From Gemmatimonadota bacterium (GTDB lineage Bacteria > Gemmatimonadota > Gemmatimonadetes > Palauibacterales > Palauibacteraceae): a DNA stretch of 64,000 nt. Shown one piece after another: positions 46,587-56,262 of this stretch. The position numbers were made by a program, and so were the translations under genes. The notes under the pieces are model-generated. The model had not been told where the DNA came from, did no database searches, and saw only the letters and a program-made list of their open reading frames with translations. Every line of letters begins with the position of its first letter. The stretch's first letter is position 1. The stretch lies in NCBI GenBank assembly GCA_963666735.1, contig OY762926.1, positions 1,024,001 through 1,088,000 on the forward strand, given 5' to 3'.

Positions 46587-47966
46587 ATGAAGACTATCGC
46601 GAGCCTCGCGGCCATGGCGCTGGCGCTGGGCGGGATGCCCGGGCTCTCGGTGACGCCGCTCGAGGCGCAGGCGCGGGACTACCGGCCGGAGCGCCCGTTC
46701 GGAACGCTTCGGGAGCAGGAGCGGACGCAGCAGACGTGGCTGGCGGAGCGGCTCGAGACGAACCTGCCCATGCTCATGCGGAAGCACGGCGTGGACATGT
46801 GGGTCATCGCCATGCGGGAATACAACGAGGATCCCGTCTTCCCGGCCCTCGTCTCCCCGACGACTTTCGCGGCCCGTCGCCGGACCATCTACATCTTCCA
46901 CGACCGCGGAGCGGAACACGGGGTGGAGCGCCTGGCTCTGGGAGGCAGTTCGCAGGGAGGCGTCTATGAAGCCGTGCGCGCCACGGCCACCGCCCCGGAC
47001 GGGAGGCAGGCGGAACTGTGGGGCGCGGACCAGTGGGACCTCTTCGCCGACATGGTCCGCGAGCGCGACCCGCGGCGGATCGCCGTCAACATCTCGCACG
47101 ACCACAACTTCGCCGACGGACTCTCCGCCGGTGAGTGGGAGCAGATGGAGGCCGCGCTCGGGGCGGATCTCGCGAGCCGCGTCGTCCGCGAACCGCTGCT
47201 GGCGATCGAGTACCTGGCCATGCGCGTGCCCTCGATGACGCCGGTCTACCGCCGGATCCAGGCGGTGGTGCACGAGATCATCGGCACGGCGTTCTCCGAA
47301 GTCGTCATCGTGCCCGGCCGGACGACGACCGCCGATGTCGTCTGGTGGATGCGTCAGCGCGTGCGCGACCTGGGGCTCGATTCCTGGTTCCAGCCCTCGG
47401 TGTCGGTGCAGCGGCGCGGCGTCGACATGGGCGGCGTGACCGATCCGGTGATCGAGCGGGGCGACGTGCTCCACTGCGACTTCGGACTCGTCGCCCTCGG
47501 ACTCGCGACGGACACGCAGCACATGGCCTACGTCCTCCGGGAAGGCGAGACGGAAGCTCCCGCCGGTCTGCGGCAGGCACTGGCAAATTCGAACCGCCTG
47601 CAGGACATCCTCCTTGAGGAGACGAAGGTCGGACGCACCGGAAACGAGATCCTCGCCTCGGTCCTCGAAAAGATGCGCGCGGAGGGACTGAACGGGACGA
47701 TGTACACCCACCCGATCGGGGACCACGGCCACGGCGCGGGGCCATTGATCGGCCTCTGGGATTACCAGACGGGCGTCCCCGGGCGTGGCGATCCGCCTGT
47801 CATCCCGGGCATGTGGTTCTCGACCGAACTCCAGGTGACGACCCCGGTCCCGGAGTGGGACGGCCAGCCGGTGCGCATGGCTCAGGAGGAGGAAGCGGAG
47901 ATCACTTTGGACGGCGAGATGCGCTGGATGCTCCGGAGGCAAACCGAACTCCACCTGATCCGGTAG
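46587..47966 (+). CDS. Exported M24 family (Xaa-Pro) metallopeptidase
   Basis: Signal peptide, GDVLHCDFG, TDTQH, THPIGDHGHGAG, STE, EE. Confidence 0.88.
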   Translation: MKTIASLAAMALALGGMPGLSVTPLEAQARDYRPERPFGTLREQERTQQTWLAERLETNLPMLMRKHGVDMWVIAMREYNEDPVFPALVSPTTFAARRRTIYIFHDRGAEHGVERLALGGSSQGGVYEAVRATATAPDGRQAELWGADQWDLFADMVRERDPRRIAVNISHDHNFADGLSAGEWEQMEAALGADLASRVVREPLLAIEYLAMRVPSMTPVYRRIQAVVHEIIGTAFSEVVIVPGRTTTADVVWWMRQRVRDLGLDSWFQPSVSVQRRGVDMGGVTDPVIERGDVLHCDFGLVALGLATDTQHMAYVLREGETEAPAGLRQALANSNRLQDILLEETKVGRTGNEILASVLEKMRAEGLNGTMYTHPIGDHGHGAGPLIGLWDYQTGVPGRGDPPVIPGMWFSTELQVTTPVPEWDGQPVRMAQEEEAEITLDGEMRWMLRRQTELHLIR

Positions 47967-47981
47967 CCAGTCGCGGAGCGA

Positions 47982-48001
47982 GGCGTTCCCGCGGGAACGC
48001 C
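47982..48001. terminator. Perfect 20-bp palindrome between convergent genes
   Basis: GGCGTTCCCGCGGGAACGCC; no U-tract. Confidence 0.45.
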
Positions 48002-48024
48002 GCCAGTGTGTACTCCGCCTGTCC

Positions 48025-49248
48025 TCAACCGGTGCCGATGACGTCCGCGGCCGCAAGACGGGCGACCTCGGCATCCGGCAGATCGAGCACGTCGGTCAAG
48101 ATCTGCCTCGTGTCGCGGCCCAGTGTCGGGGCGGGGTTCAACGGGACATCCGGGGCGTCGGAGGTGAGCAGCGGGGTGCGGACGAACTGGAGTTCTCCGA
48201 GTCCCTCGTAGTCCACGGCGACCCGCACCCCGCGCGCCTCGAGTTGTGGACACTCGAGCAGGTCCTCGGAGGTCTGCACCGGTCCGGCGGGGACGCCCGC
48301 CTCCTGGAGCCGGCGTACCGCCTCATCGCGGGTCAGCCCGGCGAATATGGGCCGGGCGACCTCATCGAGGAGCGCACGGTTCTCGGTGCGCGCATCGGGT
48401 GAGTCCAGACGCGGATCGTTGAGCAGATCGGGGCGTCCCAGCATGCGGCAGAACCGGCGCCACATGATGTCGTCCGGGATCGTGAAGGCGACGTAGCCGT
48501 CGCTCACCGGCATTGGCCCGCGCGGATAGAAGCCGGGCGGATCGCCCCGCCGCGGCCGCGCGCCCGTGTTCGCCGCGAGCGAGACCATGCGCTCGTTCAG
48601 CGACAGCACGCCGTCGTACATGGCGGAGTCCACGAACTGGCCCTTGCCCGTCACGCTGCGCCGGTAGAGCGCCATCGACACGCCGTGCGCCGCGGCCATC
48701 CCCGCGTAGAGGTCCGGCATCCCGTAGATCGAGGGCGAGGGCGGCTTGTCGGCGAAGCCGATCATGTGCATGACGCCCCCCATCGCCTCCGCCACGACGT
48801 CGAACGAGGGCCAGTCGCCGTACGGACCCTCGCGCCCGGGCAGTCGTCCGAACCCCGACACGGCGGCGTACACGAGTCCCGGGTTCACTTCGGCGAGCGC
48901 CTCGTAGCCGAGCCCCATCCGGTCGACGGACCCCGGTCGCAGGTTCTCCACCACGACGTCCGACTTCGCCACGAGAGCCCGGTACAGATCGCGCCCTTCG
49001 TCGCTCTTGAGGTTGAGCGCGAGGGATTTCTTGTTCCGGTTGTAGGCCATGAATCCGACGCCCATGCGGACGCCGTTCCGCTCCACGAAGGGAGGGATGG
49101 ACCGGCGCGGATCCCCGAGGCCCGGGCGCTCGATCTTGATGACTTCGGCTCCCGCATCGGCGAGCAGCAGCGAGCAGTAGGGGGCGGACATGTATTGTTC
49201 GAGCGCGATCACGCGCACGCCCGCCAGCGCCCGACCGGAGTCGGTCAT
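48025..49248 (-). CDS. CoA-transferase family III (CaiB/BaiF)
   Basis: LADAGAEVIKIERP, NRNKKS, DVVVENLRPG, SGFG, APTLG. Confidence 0.92.
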   Translation of the reverse strand: MTDSGRALAGVRVIALEQYMSAPYCSLLLADAGAEVIKIERPGLGDPRRSIPPFVERNGVRMGVGFMAYNRNKKSLALNLKSDEGRDLYRALVAKSDVVVENLRPGSVDRMGLGYEALAEVNPGLVYAAVSGFGRLPGREGPYGDWPSFDVVAEAMGGVMHMIGFADKPPSPSIYGMPDLYAGMAAAHGVSMALYRRSVTGKGQFVDSAMYDGVLSLNERMVSLAANTGARPRRGDPPGFYPRGPMPVSDGYVAFTIPDDIMWRRFCRMLGRPDLLNDPRLDSPDARTENRALLDEVARPIFAGLTRDEAVRRLQEAGVPAGPVQTSEDLLECPQLEARGVRVAVDYEGLGELQFVRTPLLTSDAPDVPLNPAPTLGRDTRQILTDVLDLPDAEVARLAAADVIGTG

Positions 49249-49276
49249 GGGTGAATCTCCCGGGTTCGAAGGGTCA

Positions 49277-49331
49277 GGTGTGGGTCCAGTGTGGGCCCAG
49301 TGCGGGTCCGGTGTGCGTCCGGTGAGCGGCC
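49277..49331. repeat. Degenerate 11-bp tandem repeat x5 (intergenic)
   Basis: GGTGTGGGTCC AGTGTGGGCCC AGTGCGGGTCC GGTGTGCGTCC GGTGAGCGGCC. Confidence 0.75.
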
Positions 49332-49338
49332 GGGAGGG

Positions 49339-51363
49339 TCAGCTCGTCGCCGCCACCGTCCGATACTTGTCGAACCAGGCCACGACGTTCGCGATCTTGG
49401 CCATGAGCTGGCTCGGGCGGCGGCTCATGTCGTGCGAGGCGCCCGGCAGCCGGATCACGGCCGTATCGATCCCGCGCAGCTTGAGCGCGTGGAACATCTG
49501 GTACGATTCGGACAGCGGCGTCCGAAGGTCCTCCTCTCCCGTGATGATCATCGTCGGCGTGTTCACGTTTCCCACGAGGGAGATGGGAGAGAACTCCCAG
49601 TACGCCTCCGGGTTCTCCCACGGCAGGCCCTCGTAGCGGCTGTGGTAGTAGCCGTACCAGTTGTCCGCCGTGAGCGTCTTGCTGATCCAGTTGACGACGG
49701 GTTTCTGGGCTACCGCGGCACGGAAGCGGTCCGTCTTGCCGACGATCCAGGCCGTCATGATGCCGCCGGCGCTCCCGCCGGTGACGAAGAGGTTGTCCTC
49801 GTCGATGTACCCCCGGTCGATCACGGCGTCGACCCCGGAGATGAGGTCGTCGTAGTCCTGCCCCGGATAGTTGTGATAGAGGAGGTCCGCGAACTCCTCG
49901 CCGTAGCTCGTGCTCCCGCGCGGGTTCGCGTAGAGGACGACGTAGCCGGCCGCCGCGAGAAGCTGCATCTCCGCCGAGAAGCGGTCTCCGTAGTTGGAGA
50001 CCGGACCGCCGTGGATCTCGAGGATGAGGGGATAGCGCCGACCCGGATCGAAGTCGGGCGGCTTCACGATCCACCCCTGGATGGGACGCCCGTCGAACGA
50101 GGAATTCCACCAGATCTCCTCGACCTCGCCGAGTTGACGGTTCGCGAGCAGGTCCTCGTTCAGCGACGTGATGCGGCGCACGCCGCGACCCCTCGCCCCC
50201 ACGGCGACCTCGCCGGGAGATTCGGGACGGGTCTGGTTGAGCGCGAAGCTCCCGTCGCCGGCCACGCTGAAGGAGCCGCCGCCGTAGGGCCGCCCGTAGG
50301 ATGTGCCCCCCATATCCTCGGCGAGCACTTCGAGATCGCCGGCGAGCGTGGCGAAGCCGACCTTCGAGTTCCCCTCGTCGTCGTACTGGAAGTAGATCCC
50401 GCTCCCGCCGGAAGCCCATACCGGGTTCGACACGCTGCGGTCGAGGTCGCCCGTGAGGACGCGGCGCCCGCTCCCGTCCAGGTTCATCACCTGCAGCCGG
50501 CTCACCTGGTAGGTGCGGGTGCGGTCCTCGTAGCCCGTGAACGCGATCCGCCGCCCATCGGGAGAGACGGCCGGACTCCGGTCGGGTCCGGGGCGGTCGG
50601 TGAGGGGGCGCACTTCGCCGGTGGCGATCGAGACGATGTAGAGTTCGGAATTGCGATAATCGTGAACCCAGTCCTCGTTGCGGTTCGACGAGAAGACGAG
50701 GTGCAGGCCATCGGGCGTCCACGCGGCGGGGCTCTGGTGCTGGAAGTCGCCGGACGTGACCTGCGTGGGCGTGCCGCCCTCGACCGGGACGATGAAGATG
50801 TGGTCGTACCCGAAGTCGAGATAGCCGACCCCGTCCTGCCGGTTCTTGAAACGGTCCTCCATGATGGGAGGATCGGCCCACTCCGCTCCGGCGGGCGGCT
50901 CCGGCGGCGGGGCGAGGCTCGGCGGCGCGTAGGGAACGAGCTTGTTGAACGCGAGCTGGCGTCCATCCGGCGACCAGCGGAGCCCGCGCGGCGACTCGAT
51001 GAGTTGGGTGAGCGTCGCCTCCTCGCCCGTGTCCATCCAGCGCACGTGGATCTGGCCGTCCGCCGTGTACGCGATGCGGGTGCCGTCGGGCGACCAGCGC
51101 GGGGAACCGCCCGTCCCGATGCGCCGGTGATCCGAGCCGTCGGCGTGCATGATCCACAGCTCGGATTTCTTCGCGTCCCGCATGATGTCCATCGACGTGC
51201 GGACATAGACGACCTGGCTGCCGTCAGGCGAGATCCGGGGGTCCGCGGCGTATTCGATCTCGAACACGTCCATGGGCTGGAAGTGGCTCTGCGCGGCCAC
51301 CTGCTCGGCGGTCAGCGGACCCGCGACGGCAAATAGGGCAAGACAGATTCTCATCGTACGCAT
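49339..51363 (-). CDS. Exported S9 family peptidase
   Basis: Signal peptide, SPDG repeats, EIHGGP, GGSAGG, GEEDLRTP, ASH. Confidence 0.92.
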   Translation of the reverse strand: MRTMRICLALFAVAGPLTAEQVAAQSHFQPMDVFEIEYAADPRISPDGSQVVYVRTSMDIMRDAKKSELWIMHADGSDHRRIGTGGSPRWSPDGTRIAYTADGQIHVRWMDTGEEATLTQLIESPRGLRWSPDGRQLAFNKLVPYAPPSLAPPPEPPAGAEWADPPIMEDRFKNRQDGVGYLDFGYDHIFIVPVEGGTPTQVTSGDFQHQSPAAWTPDGLHLVFSSNRNEDWVHDYRNSELYIVSIATGEVRPLTDRPGPDRSPAVSPDGRRIAFTGYEDRTRTYQVSRLQVMNLDGSGRRVLTGDLDRSVSNPVWASGGSGIYFQYDDEGNSKVGFATLAGDLEVLAEDMGGTSYGRPYGGGSFSVAGDGSFALNQTRPESPGEVAVGARGRGVRRITSLNEDLLANRQLGEVEEIWWNSSFDGRPIQGWIVKPPDFDPGRRYPLILEIHGGPVSNYGDRFSAEMQLLAAAGYVVLYANPRGSTSYGEEFADLLYHNYPGQDYDDLISGVDAVIDRGYIDEDNLFVTGGSAGGIMTAWIVGKTDRFRAAVAQKPVVNWISKTLTADNWYGYYHSRYEGLPWENPEAYWEFSPISLVGNVNTPTMIITGEEDLRTPLSESYQMFHALKLRGIDTAVIRLPGASHDMSRRPSQLMAKIANVVAWFDKYRTVAATS

Positions 51364-51500
51364 CTTCGACTCCCGGGATCGGACGGAAGGTGGCACCGGA
51401 AACATATCTCCCCGATTCGACCTGTGGGCAACCGTTGCGTTATCGTCCGCCTCGCCGGCGTCTGCCGCCAACGTTGCGACATTCTCCCGGGGTCATACAC

Positions 51501-53255
51501 ATGATTCGGTTTACCGTACGATGCGCCGCCCTCGCGGCTACGAGTGCCGCCCTCGCGGCGGGCGCCCTCTCATTCCGGCTTTCCGCGCAGGAATACGACA
51601 TCCTCATCCGGAACGGGCGCGTGATCGACGGCACGGGGAATCCGTGGTTCGCGGCGGATATCGCCATTGCCGGCGACCGGATCGTCCGGATCGGGAGGCT
51701 CGGCGACGCGATGGCGCGGCGGGTCGTGGACGCGACGGGGATGTACGTCTCGCCGGGGTTCATCGACCTGCACTCGCACGCCGACCGGGCCATGACCTCC
51801 GAGCACCTGGAGGCGCGGCGGGCGAAGAGCCTGAACAGCCAGGGGCTCACGACGGTCATCGGCGGACCCGACGGCCGCAATCAGACGTGGCCGGTCAGCG
51901 CGGAGATCGCCGCGCTGCGTTCGCGGGGACACGCCATGAACTTCGTCCCCATGGTCGGCCACAGCACGGTGCGCCGCGAGGTGATGGGCGACGACTACGA
52001 GCGTCCGGCGACGGAGGAGGAGATCGCCCGCATGCAGGCGCTCGTGCGCGAGGGCATGGAGTCGGGGGCGTGGGGACTGGGAGCCGGCGTCGAATACCGC
52101 CCCGCCCGCTTCAGCACGCCGGAGGAGATCGTCGCCCTCGCCGAGGCCGTGGCCCCTTACGGCGGCTTCTACGTCGCGCACCAGCGCAGCGAGGCGACCA
52201 TGCCGCTGTGGGAACTGCCGAGTACGGTGAGCGACTGGCCCGTGGACGGGAACCAGGGGCTGGCGGAGACCGTGAGCATCGCCCGCGAGACGGGGATCCG
52301 CGTCGTGGCGAGCCACCACAAGGCGCGCGGGCGCTCCAGCTTCGGCCGTTCGGGGCAGGACACGCTGGTCGTGAACCGGGCGCGCGATGAGGGGCTCGAA
52401 GTCTATCTCGACGTCTACCCCTACGAGACGTTCGGCGGGGGCGCCCGGCCCATGATCCCGCGCTGGAGTCTGGTGCACGACACGGTGGACACGAGCGGCG
52501 GGAGAGACAGCCCCGTCTACAGCGGCGAAGGGATGTTCGACGACGCCCGGGCGCACCTGCGGCGCCGCTGGGCGGACCCGGAACTGCGGGGCCTCATCGC
52601 CCGCGACATCGAATGGATCGTCGACCACAACGGGGGTCCGGACCGCGTGATCGTGGTGGGCTATCCCGATTCGGCCTACGTGGGCCGGACGCTGGAGGAA
52701 CTGGGCCGGCGCCTGGGCGTCACCTACCAGGAAGCCGTCGTTCACATGGCGCTGGAGGGATATCCCGACGTCCTCGGCGGGGCCTGGACGCGCGGCTACG
52801 GGATTCACGACGCGGACATCATCAACTACTACCGGCAGGACTACACGGCGACGGCCTCGGACGCGGCGGTGAGCGGGGTCGGGGGCGTGCCCGAATTCGC
52901 CTCGCGGCCCGGCGCGCACCCCCGCCATTTCGGCGCCTTCACGCGCAAGATCTCCCGCTACGTGAGAGACCTGAAGGCGATCACGCTGCCCTTCGCGGTG
53001 CGCTCGATGACGGGACTGCCGGCGCGGATCATCGGACTGGAGGACCGCGGCTTCCTGCGCGAGGGCTACAAGGCGGACCTCGTCGTGTTCGACCTCGCGC
53101 GTCTCCGGGACCGGGCCACCGTGCTCGAGCCTGACCTCTTCAGCGAGGGCGTCGACTACGTGATGGTGAACGGGGTGTTCACGGTCGACGGCGGCGGGTT
53201 CACGGACGCGCTCCCCGGAGAGGTCGTCCTGCGGCCAGGAAACGCGGCGAACTAG
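51501..53255 (+). CDS. Exported amidohydrolase, N-acyl-D-amino-acid deacylase family
   Basis: PGFIDLHSH, AHQRSE, SHHK, HPRHFG, ADLVVFD. Confidence 0.88.
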   Translation: MIRFTVRCAALAATSAALAAGALSFRLSAQEYDILIRNGRVIDGTGNPWFAADIAIAGDRIVRIGRLGDAMARRVVDATGMYVSPGFIDLHSHADRAMTSEHLEARRAKSLNSQGLTTVIGGPDGRNQTWPVSAEIAALRSRGHAMNFVPMVGHSTVRREVMGDDYERPATEEEIARMQALVREGMESGAWGLGAGVEYRPARFSTPEEIVALAEAVAPYGGFYVAHQRSEATMPLWELPSTVSDWPVDGNQGLAETVSIARETGIRVVASHHKARGRSSFGRSGQDTLVVNRARDEGLEVYLDVYPYETFGGGARPMIPRWSLVHDTVDTSGGRDSPVYSGEGMFDDARAHLRRRWADPELRGLIARDIEWIVDHNGGPDRVIVVGYPDSAYVGRTLEELGRRLGVTYQEAVVHMALEGYPDVLGGAWTRGYGIHDADIINYYRQDYTATASDAAVSGVGGVPEFASRPGAHPRHFGAFTRKISRYVRDLKAITLPFAVRSMTGLPARIIGLEDRGFLREGYKADLVVFDLARLRDRATVLEPDLFSEGVDYVMVNGVFTVDGGGFTDALPGEVVLRPGNAAN

Positions 53256-53265
53256 CTCGCGAGGC

Positions 53266-53294
53266 TTGATAGGCAACATCTACATGGCTAGAAT
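53266..53294 (+). promoter_or_regulatory. Sigma70-type promoter
   Basis: TTGATA-N17-TAGAAT, 6 nt before the antitoxin ATG. Confidence 0.7.
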
Positions 53295-53300
53295 GGCCTT

Positions 53301-53600
53301 ATGAGACGAGCCAGCGTCAGCGAAGCGAAGAACGCCCTCAGCGGACTGCTGGGCGACGTGCGTCGTGGGGAAGCCGTGTTGATCACGCATCGCGGGAATC
53401 CCGTTGCGCGAATCGAACCCTGCTGCGGGGACGACCTGGGCGCCGACCAGGGGGCCGCGGAACTCGTGCGCCGCGGAGTCGCGGTTCCTCCTCGCACCCC
53501 TCTCGATGTCGAACGTTTCCTGAAAGCTCCCCTCGTACGGCTCACCGCCGGAGCCGGCGCCAGTGAGCTGATCGTGACAGAGCGCCGAGACGACCGGTGA
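53301..53600 (+). CDS. Phd/YefM family antitoxin
   Basis: SVSEAKNALSGLL...GEAVLITHRGNPVARI. Confidence 0.9.
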   Translation: MRRASVSEAKNALSGLLGDVRRGEAVLITHRGNPVARIEPCCGDDLGADQGAAELVRRGVAVPPRTPLDVERFLKAPLVRLTAGAGASELIVTERRDDR

Positions 53601-54016
53601 AATACTGGGATTCCTCTGCGTTGGTATCGCTAATCGTGGAAGAGCCCCGCAGCACCGAGCGTCGAGCGGCGATCCGCCGCGATCCGGCCATTGTGACGTG
53701 GTGGGGGAGTCGAGTGGAGTGCGCGTCCGCCCTGAACCGCCTCCAGCGGGACCGCCGTTTCGAGGTCGGCGAACTCGATCGGGGTCTTGAGCAACTTCGG
53801 CGGCTGGCGGCGAGTTGGCTGGAGATCGAGCCGAGGGAGCAGGTACGCAACCGCGCGATCAGACTGCTTCGGCTTCACCCGCTGCGGGCGGCAGATGCGC
53901 TGCAGCTGGCGGCGGCGCTGACCGCCGCGGCCGAAGATCCGGAGCGGCTCGATCTCGTCAGCAGCGATGATCGGCTCTCCGCCGCGGCGCGGCGCGAGGG
54001 ATTCAGGGTTCTTTAG
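53597..54016 (+). CDS. vapC: VapC PIN-domain toxin
   Basis: YWDSSALV, VEC, LRAADALQLAAA, SSDDRL; GTGA overlap. Confidence 0.9.
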   Translation: MKYWDSSALVSLIVEEPRSTERRAAIRRDPAIVTWWGSRVECASALNRLQRDRRFEVGELDRGLEQLRRLAASWLEIEPREQVRNRAIRLLRLHPLRAADALQLAAALTAAAEDPERLDLVSSDDRLSAAARREGFRVL

Positions 54017-54112
54017 AACTGGCCGTGACCGGCGACACCGGACAGTGTTAGATCGTACGTGTTGGATCGTTCGGTTGAGGCCGTACTCCATCCCCCGTGA
54101 CCGGGAGAGAAC

Positions 54113-56239
54113 ATGCGCACGCGACTCCACGCCCTGCTGCTCCTCCTTCCGGCCGCCGCCTGCACCGCGGACGCGCCGCCGCCTGAGCCTTCAAGCGTCC
54201 AGAGCGCCAGCGATGTGACGGACGCCGTGCTCGTGGCCGCGCGCCCGGACGGCAACTGGCTCACGTACGGCGGCAACTACGCGGAGGACCGCTTCAGCAC
54301 GCTCGAGGAGATCACGCGGGACAACGTCGACGAACTCGGCCTCGCGTGGACGTACGACATCGAGCTGCGGGGCGGGGTCGAGGCGACGCCGCTCGTCGTG
54401 GGCGGCATCATGTACATCAGTTCGCCGTGGAGCGTCGTGCACGCCATCGACACGCGGACCGGAGAGCGCCTGTGGCGGCACGACCCCGGCGTTCCGCGCA
54501 TCCGCGGACGCCTCGCCTGCTGCGGCGTGGTGAACCGCGGCGTCGCGCTCTACGAGGGCAAGGTCATCGTGGGCACGATCGACGGCCGGCTCATCGCCCT
54601 CGACGCCGAGAGCGGCGATGTCGTGTGGGAGACGCTCACCATCGACCCCAACGAAGCCTACACGATCACGGGCGCGGTCCGCGTCGTGCAGGGACTCGCG
54701 ATCATCGGCAACGGGGGAGCCGAGTATGGCGTCCGGGGCTACGTGTCCGCCTATAATGCGGATGACGGCGAACTCGTGTGGCGCACCTACACGGTGCCGG
54801 GGAACCCGGCCGACGGGTTCGAATCCGAAGCCATGGAGATGGCGGCGGAGACGTGGAGCGGCGAGTGGTGGGTCGCGGGCGGCGGCGGCACGGCGTGGGA
54901 CTCGATCATCTACGATCCCGACCTCGATCTGCTCTACGTCGGGACCGGCAACGGTTCCCCCTGGTCCCGGAACCTCCGGAGCCCCGGGGGCGGCGACAAC
55001 CTCTTCCTCGCCTCCATCCTCGCGCTCCGCCCTCAGACGGGGGAGTACGTGTGGCACTTCCAGACCACGCCCGGCGACCACTGGGACTACACGGCGGTCC
55101 AGCCGATGACCCTCGCGGACCTCGAGTTCGACGGGCGGATGCGGCGCGTCATCATGCAAGCGCCGAAGAACGGCTTCTTCTACGTCCTCGACGCTGAGAC
55201 GGGCGAGTTCCTCTCCGGCCAGGAATACATCGTGCAGAACTGGGCGGAGGGACTCGATCTCGAGACGGGCCGCCCGACGGACCGCCCCGAGGCCGTGCAC
55301 GCCGAGGTGTGGACCCTCATCACGCCCGCCGCCCTCGGGGGCCACAACTGGCAGCCGCAGTCCTTCAATCCCGAGACGGGGCTCATGTATCTCCCGATCC
55401 AGGAGGGGTGGGTCGAGCGCAGCGAGCCGCCGGACTGGGTGTACACGGACCTCGAGATCGAGGACCACGGCTTCGGGCCGAGGGTGAACAACGTCGGCCA
55501 CGTGAGCCGGTACGGGGCGCGCGACGACGCCGGCTTCCTCGTCGCATGGGACCCGCAGGCGCAGGAGGCCCGGTGGTCCGTCCCCCTCCTCGGCTACTGG
55601 AACGGCGGGACGATGACGACGACGACCGGGCTCGTGTTCCAGGGCGGCGGCGACGGCCGCTTCGTCGCCTACGACGCGGAAAACGGCGACCGGTTGTGGG
55701 AGGTCTCGACCGGCCTCGGGATCCTCGGCGGTCCCGTAACCTACCTGGTCGACGGGCGCCAGCACGTGACGGTGTCGGCCGGCTGGGGCGGCGCGCGCGG
55801 CCGGAGCGGGGCGCCGTACGGCGACGCCGCCAACTACGAGCAGCGGGGCCGGGTCTTCACCTTCGTGCTCGGCGGCGCCCGGGAGATGCCGGAGCCGCGG
55901 CGGAAGCGGCCGGTCAGCGTGCCGTCCGTCGCCGCCGACCTGCCCGCCGACGAGGCCTCGCTCGCGAGCGGGGGCGAACTCTACAGACAGTATTGCCGGC
56001 ACTGTCACGGGGCCGGCGGCGGCTCGGAGGGGGCGATCCCGAACCTGCAGCGCGCGACGGACATCGTGCACCGCAACTTCGAGGACATCGTCCTGGGCGG
56101 CAGCCGGGAGCCCCAGGGGATGCCGTCGTACGACGGGCTCATTGACGCCGGTCAACTGCGCCTGATCCAGGCCTACGTCGTCTCGCAAGCGCGCGAAACG
56201 CTCGCGGCCGAAGCCGAGACGGCCGGCGGCGGCGACTGA
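54113..56239 (+). CDS. PQQ-dependent quinohemoprotein alcohol dehydrogenase (type II), lipoprotein
   Basis: ACCGVVNRG vicinal cysteines, GNGGAEYGVRG, WDYTA, GGHNWQP, C-terminal CRHCH heme c motif. Confidence 0.92.
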   Translation: MRTRLHALLLLLPAAACTADAPPPEPSSVQSASDVTDAVLVAARPDGNWLTYGGNYAEDRFSTLEEITRDNVDELGLAWTYDIELRGGVEATPLVVGGIMYISSPWSVVHAIDTRTGERLWRHDPGVPRIRGRLACCGVVNRGVALYEGKVIVGTIDGRLIALDAESGDVVWETLTIDPNEAYTITGAVRVVQGLAIIGNGGAEYGVRGYVSAYNADDGELVWRTYTVPGNPADGFESEAMEMAAETWSGEWWVAGGGGTAWDSIIYDPDLDLLYVGTGNGSPWSRNLRSPGGGDNLFLASILALRPQTGEYVWHFQTTPGDHWDYTAVQPMTLADLEFDGRMRRVIMQAPKNGFFYVLDAETGEFLSGQEYIVQNWAEGLDLETGRPTDRPEAVHAEVWTLITPAALGGHNWQPQSFNPETGLMYLPIQEGWVERSEPPDWVYTDLEIEDHGFGPRVNNVGHVSRYGARDDAGFLVAWDPQAQEARWSVPLLGYWNGGTMTTTTGLVFQGGGDGRFVAYDAENGDRLWEVSTGLGILGGPVTYLVDGRQHVTVSAGWGGARGRSGAPYGDAANYEQRGRVFTFVLGGAREMPEPRRKRPVSVPSVAADLPADEASLASGGELYRQYCRHCHGAGGGSEGAIPNLQRATDIVHRNFEDIVLGGSREPQGMPSYDGLIDAGQLRLIQAYVVSQARETLAAEAETAGGGD

Positions 56240-56262
56240 ACTACAACGAGAGGAACCAACGC

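Noticed and set aside
49277..49331. Possible CRISPR-like repeat
   Set aside because: Units are 11 bp, contiguous and degenerate, with no spacers and no cas genes nearby
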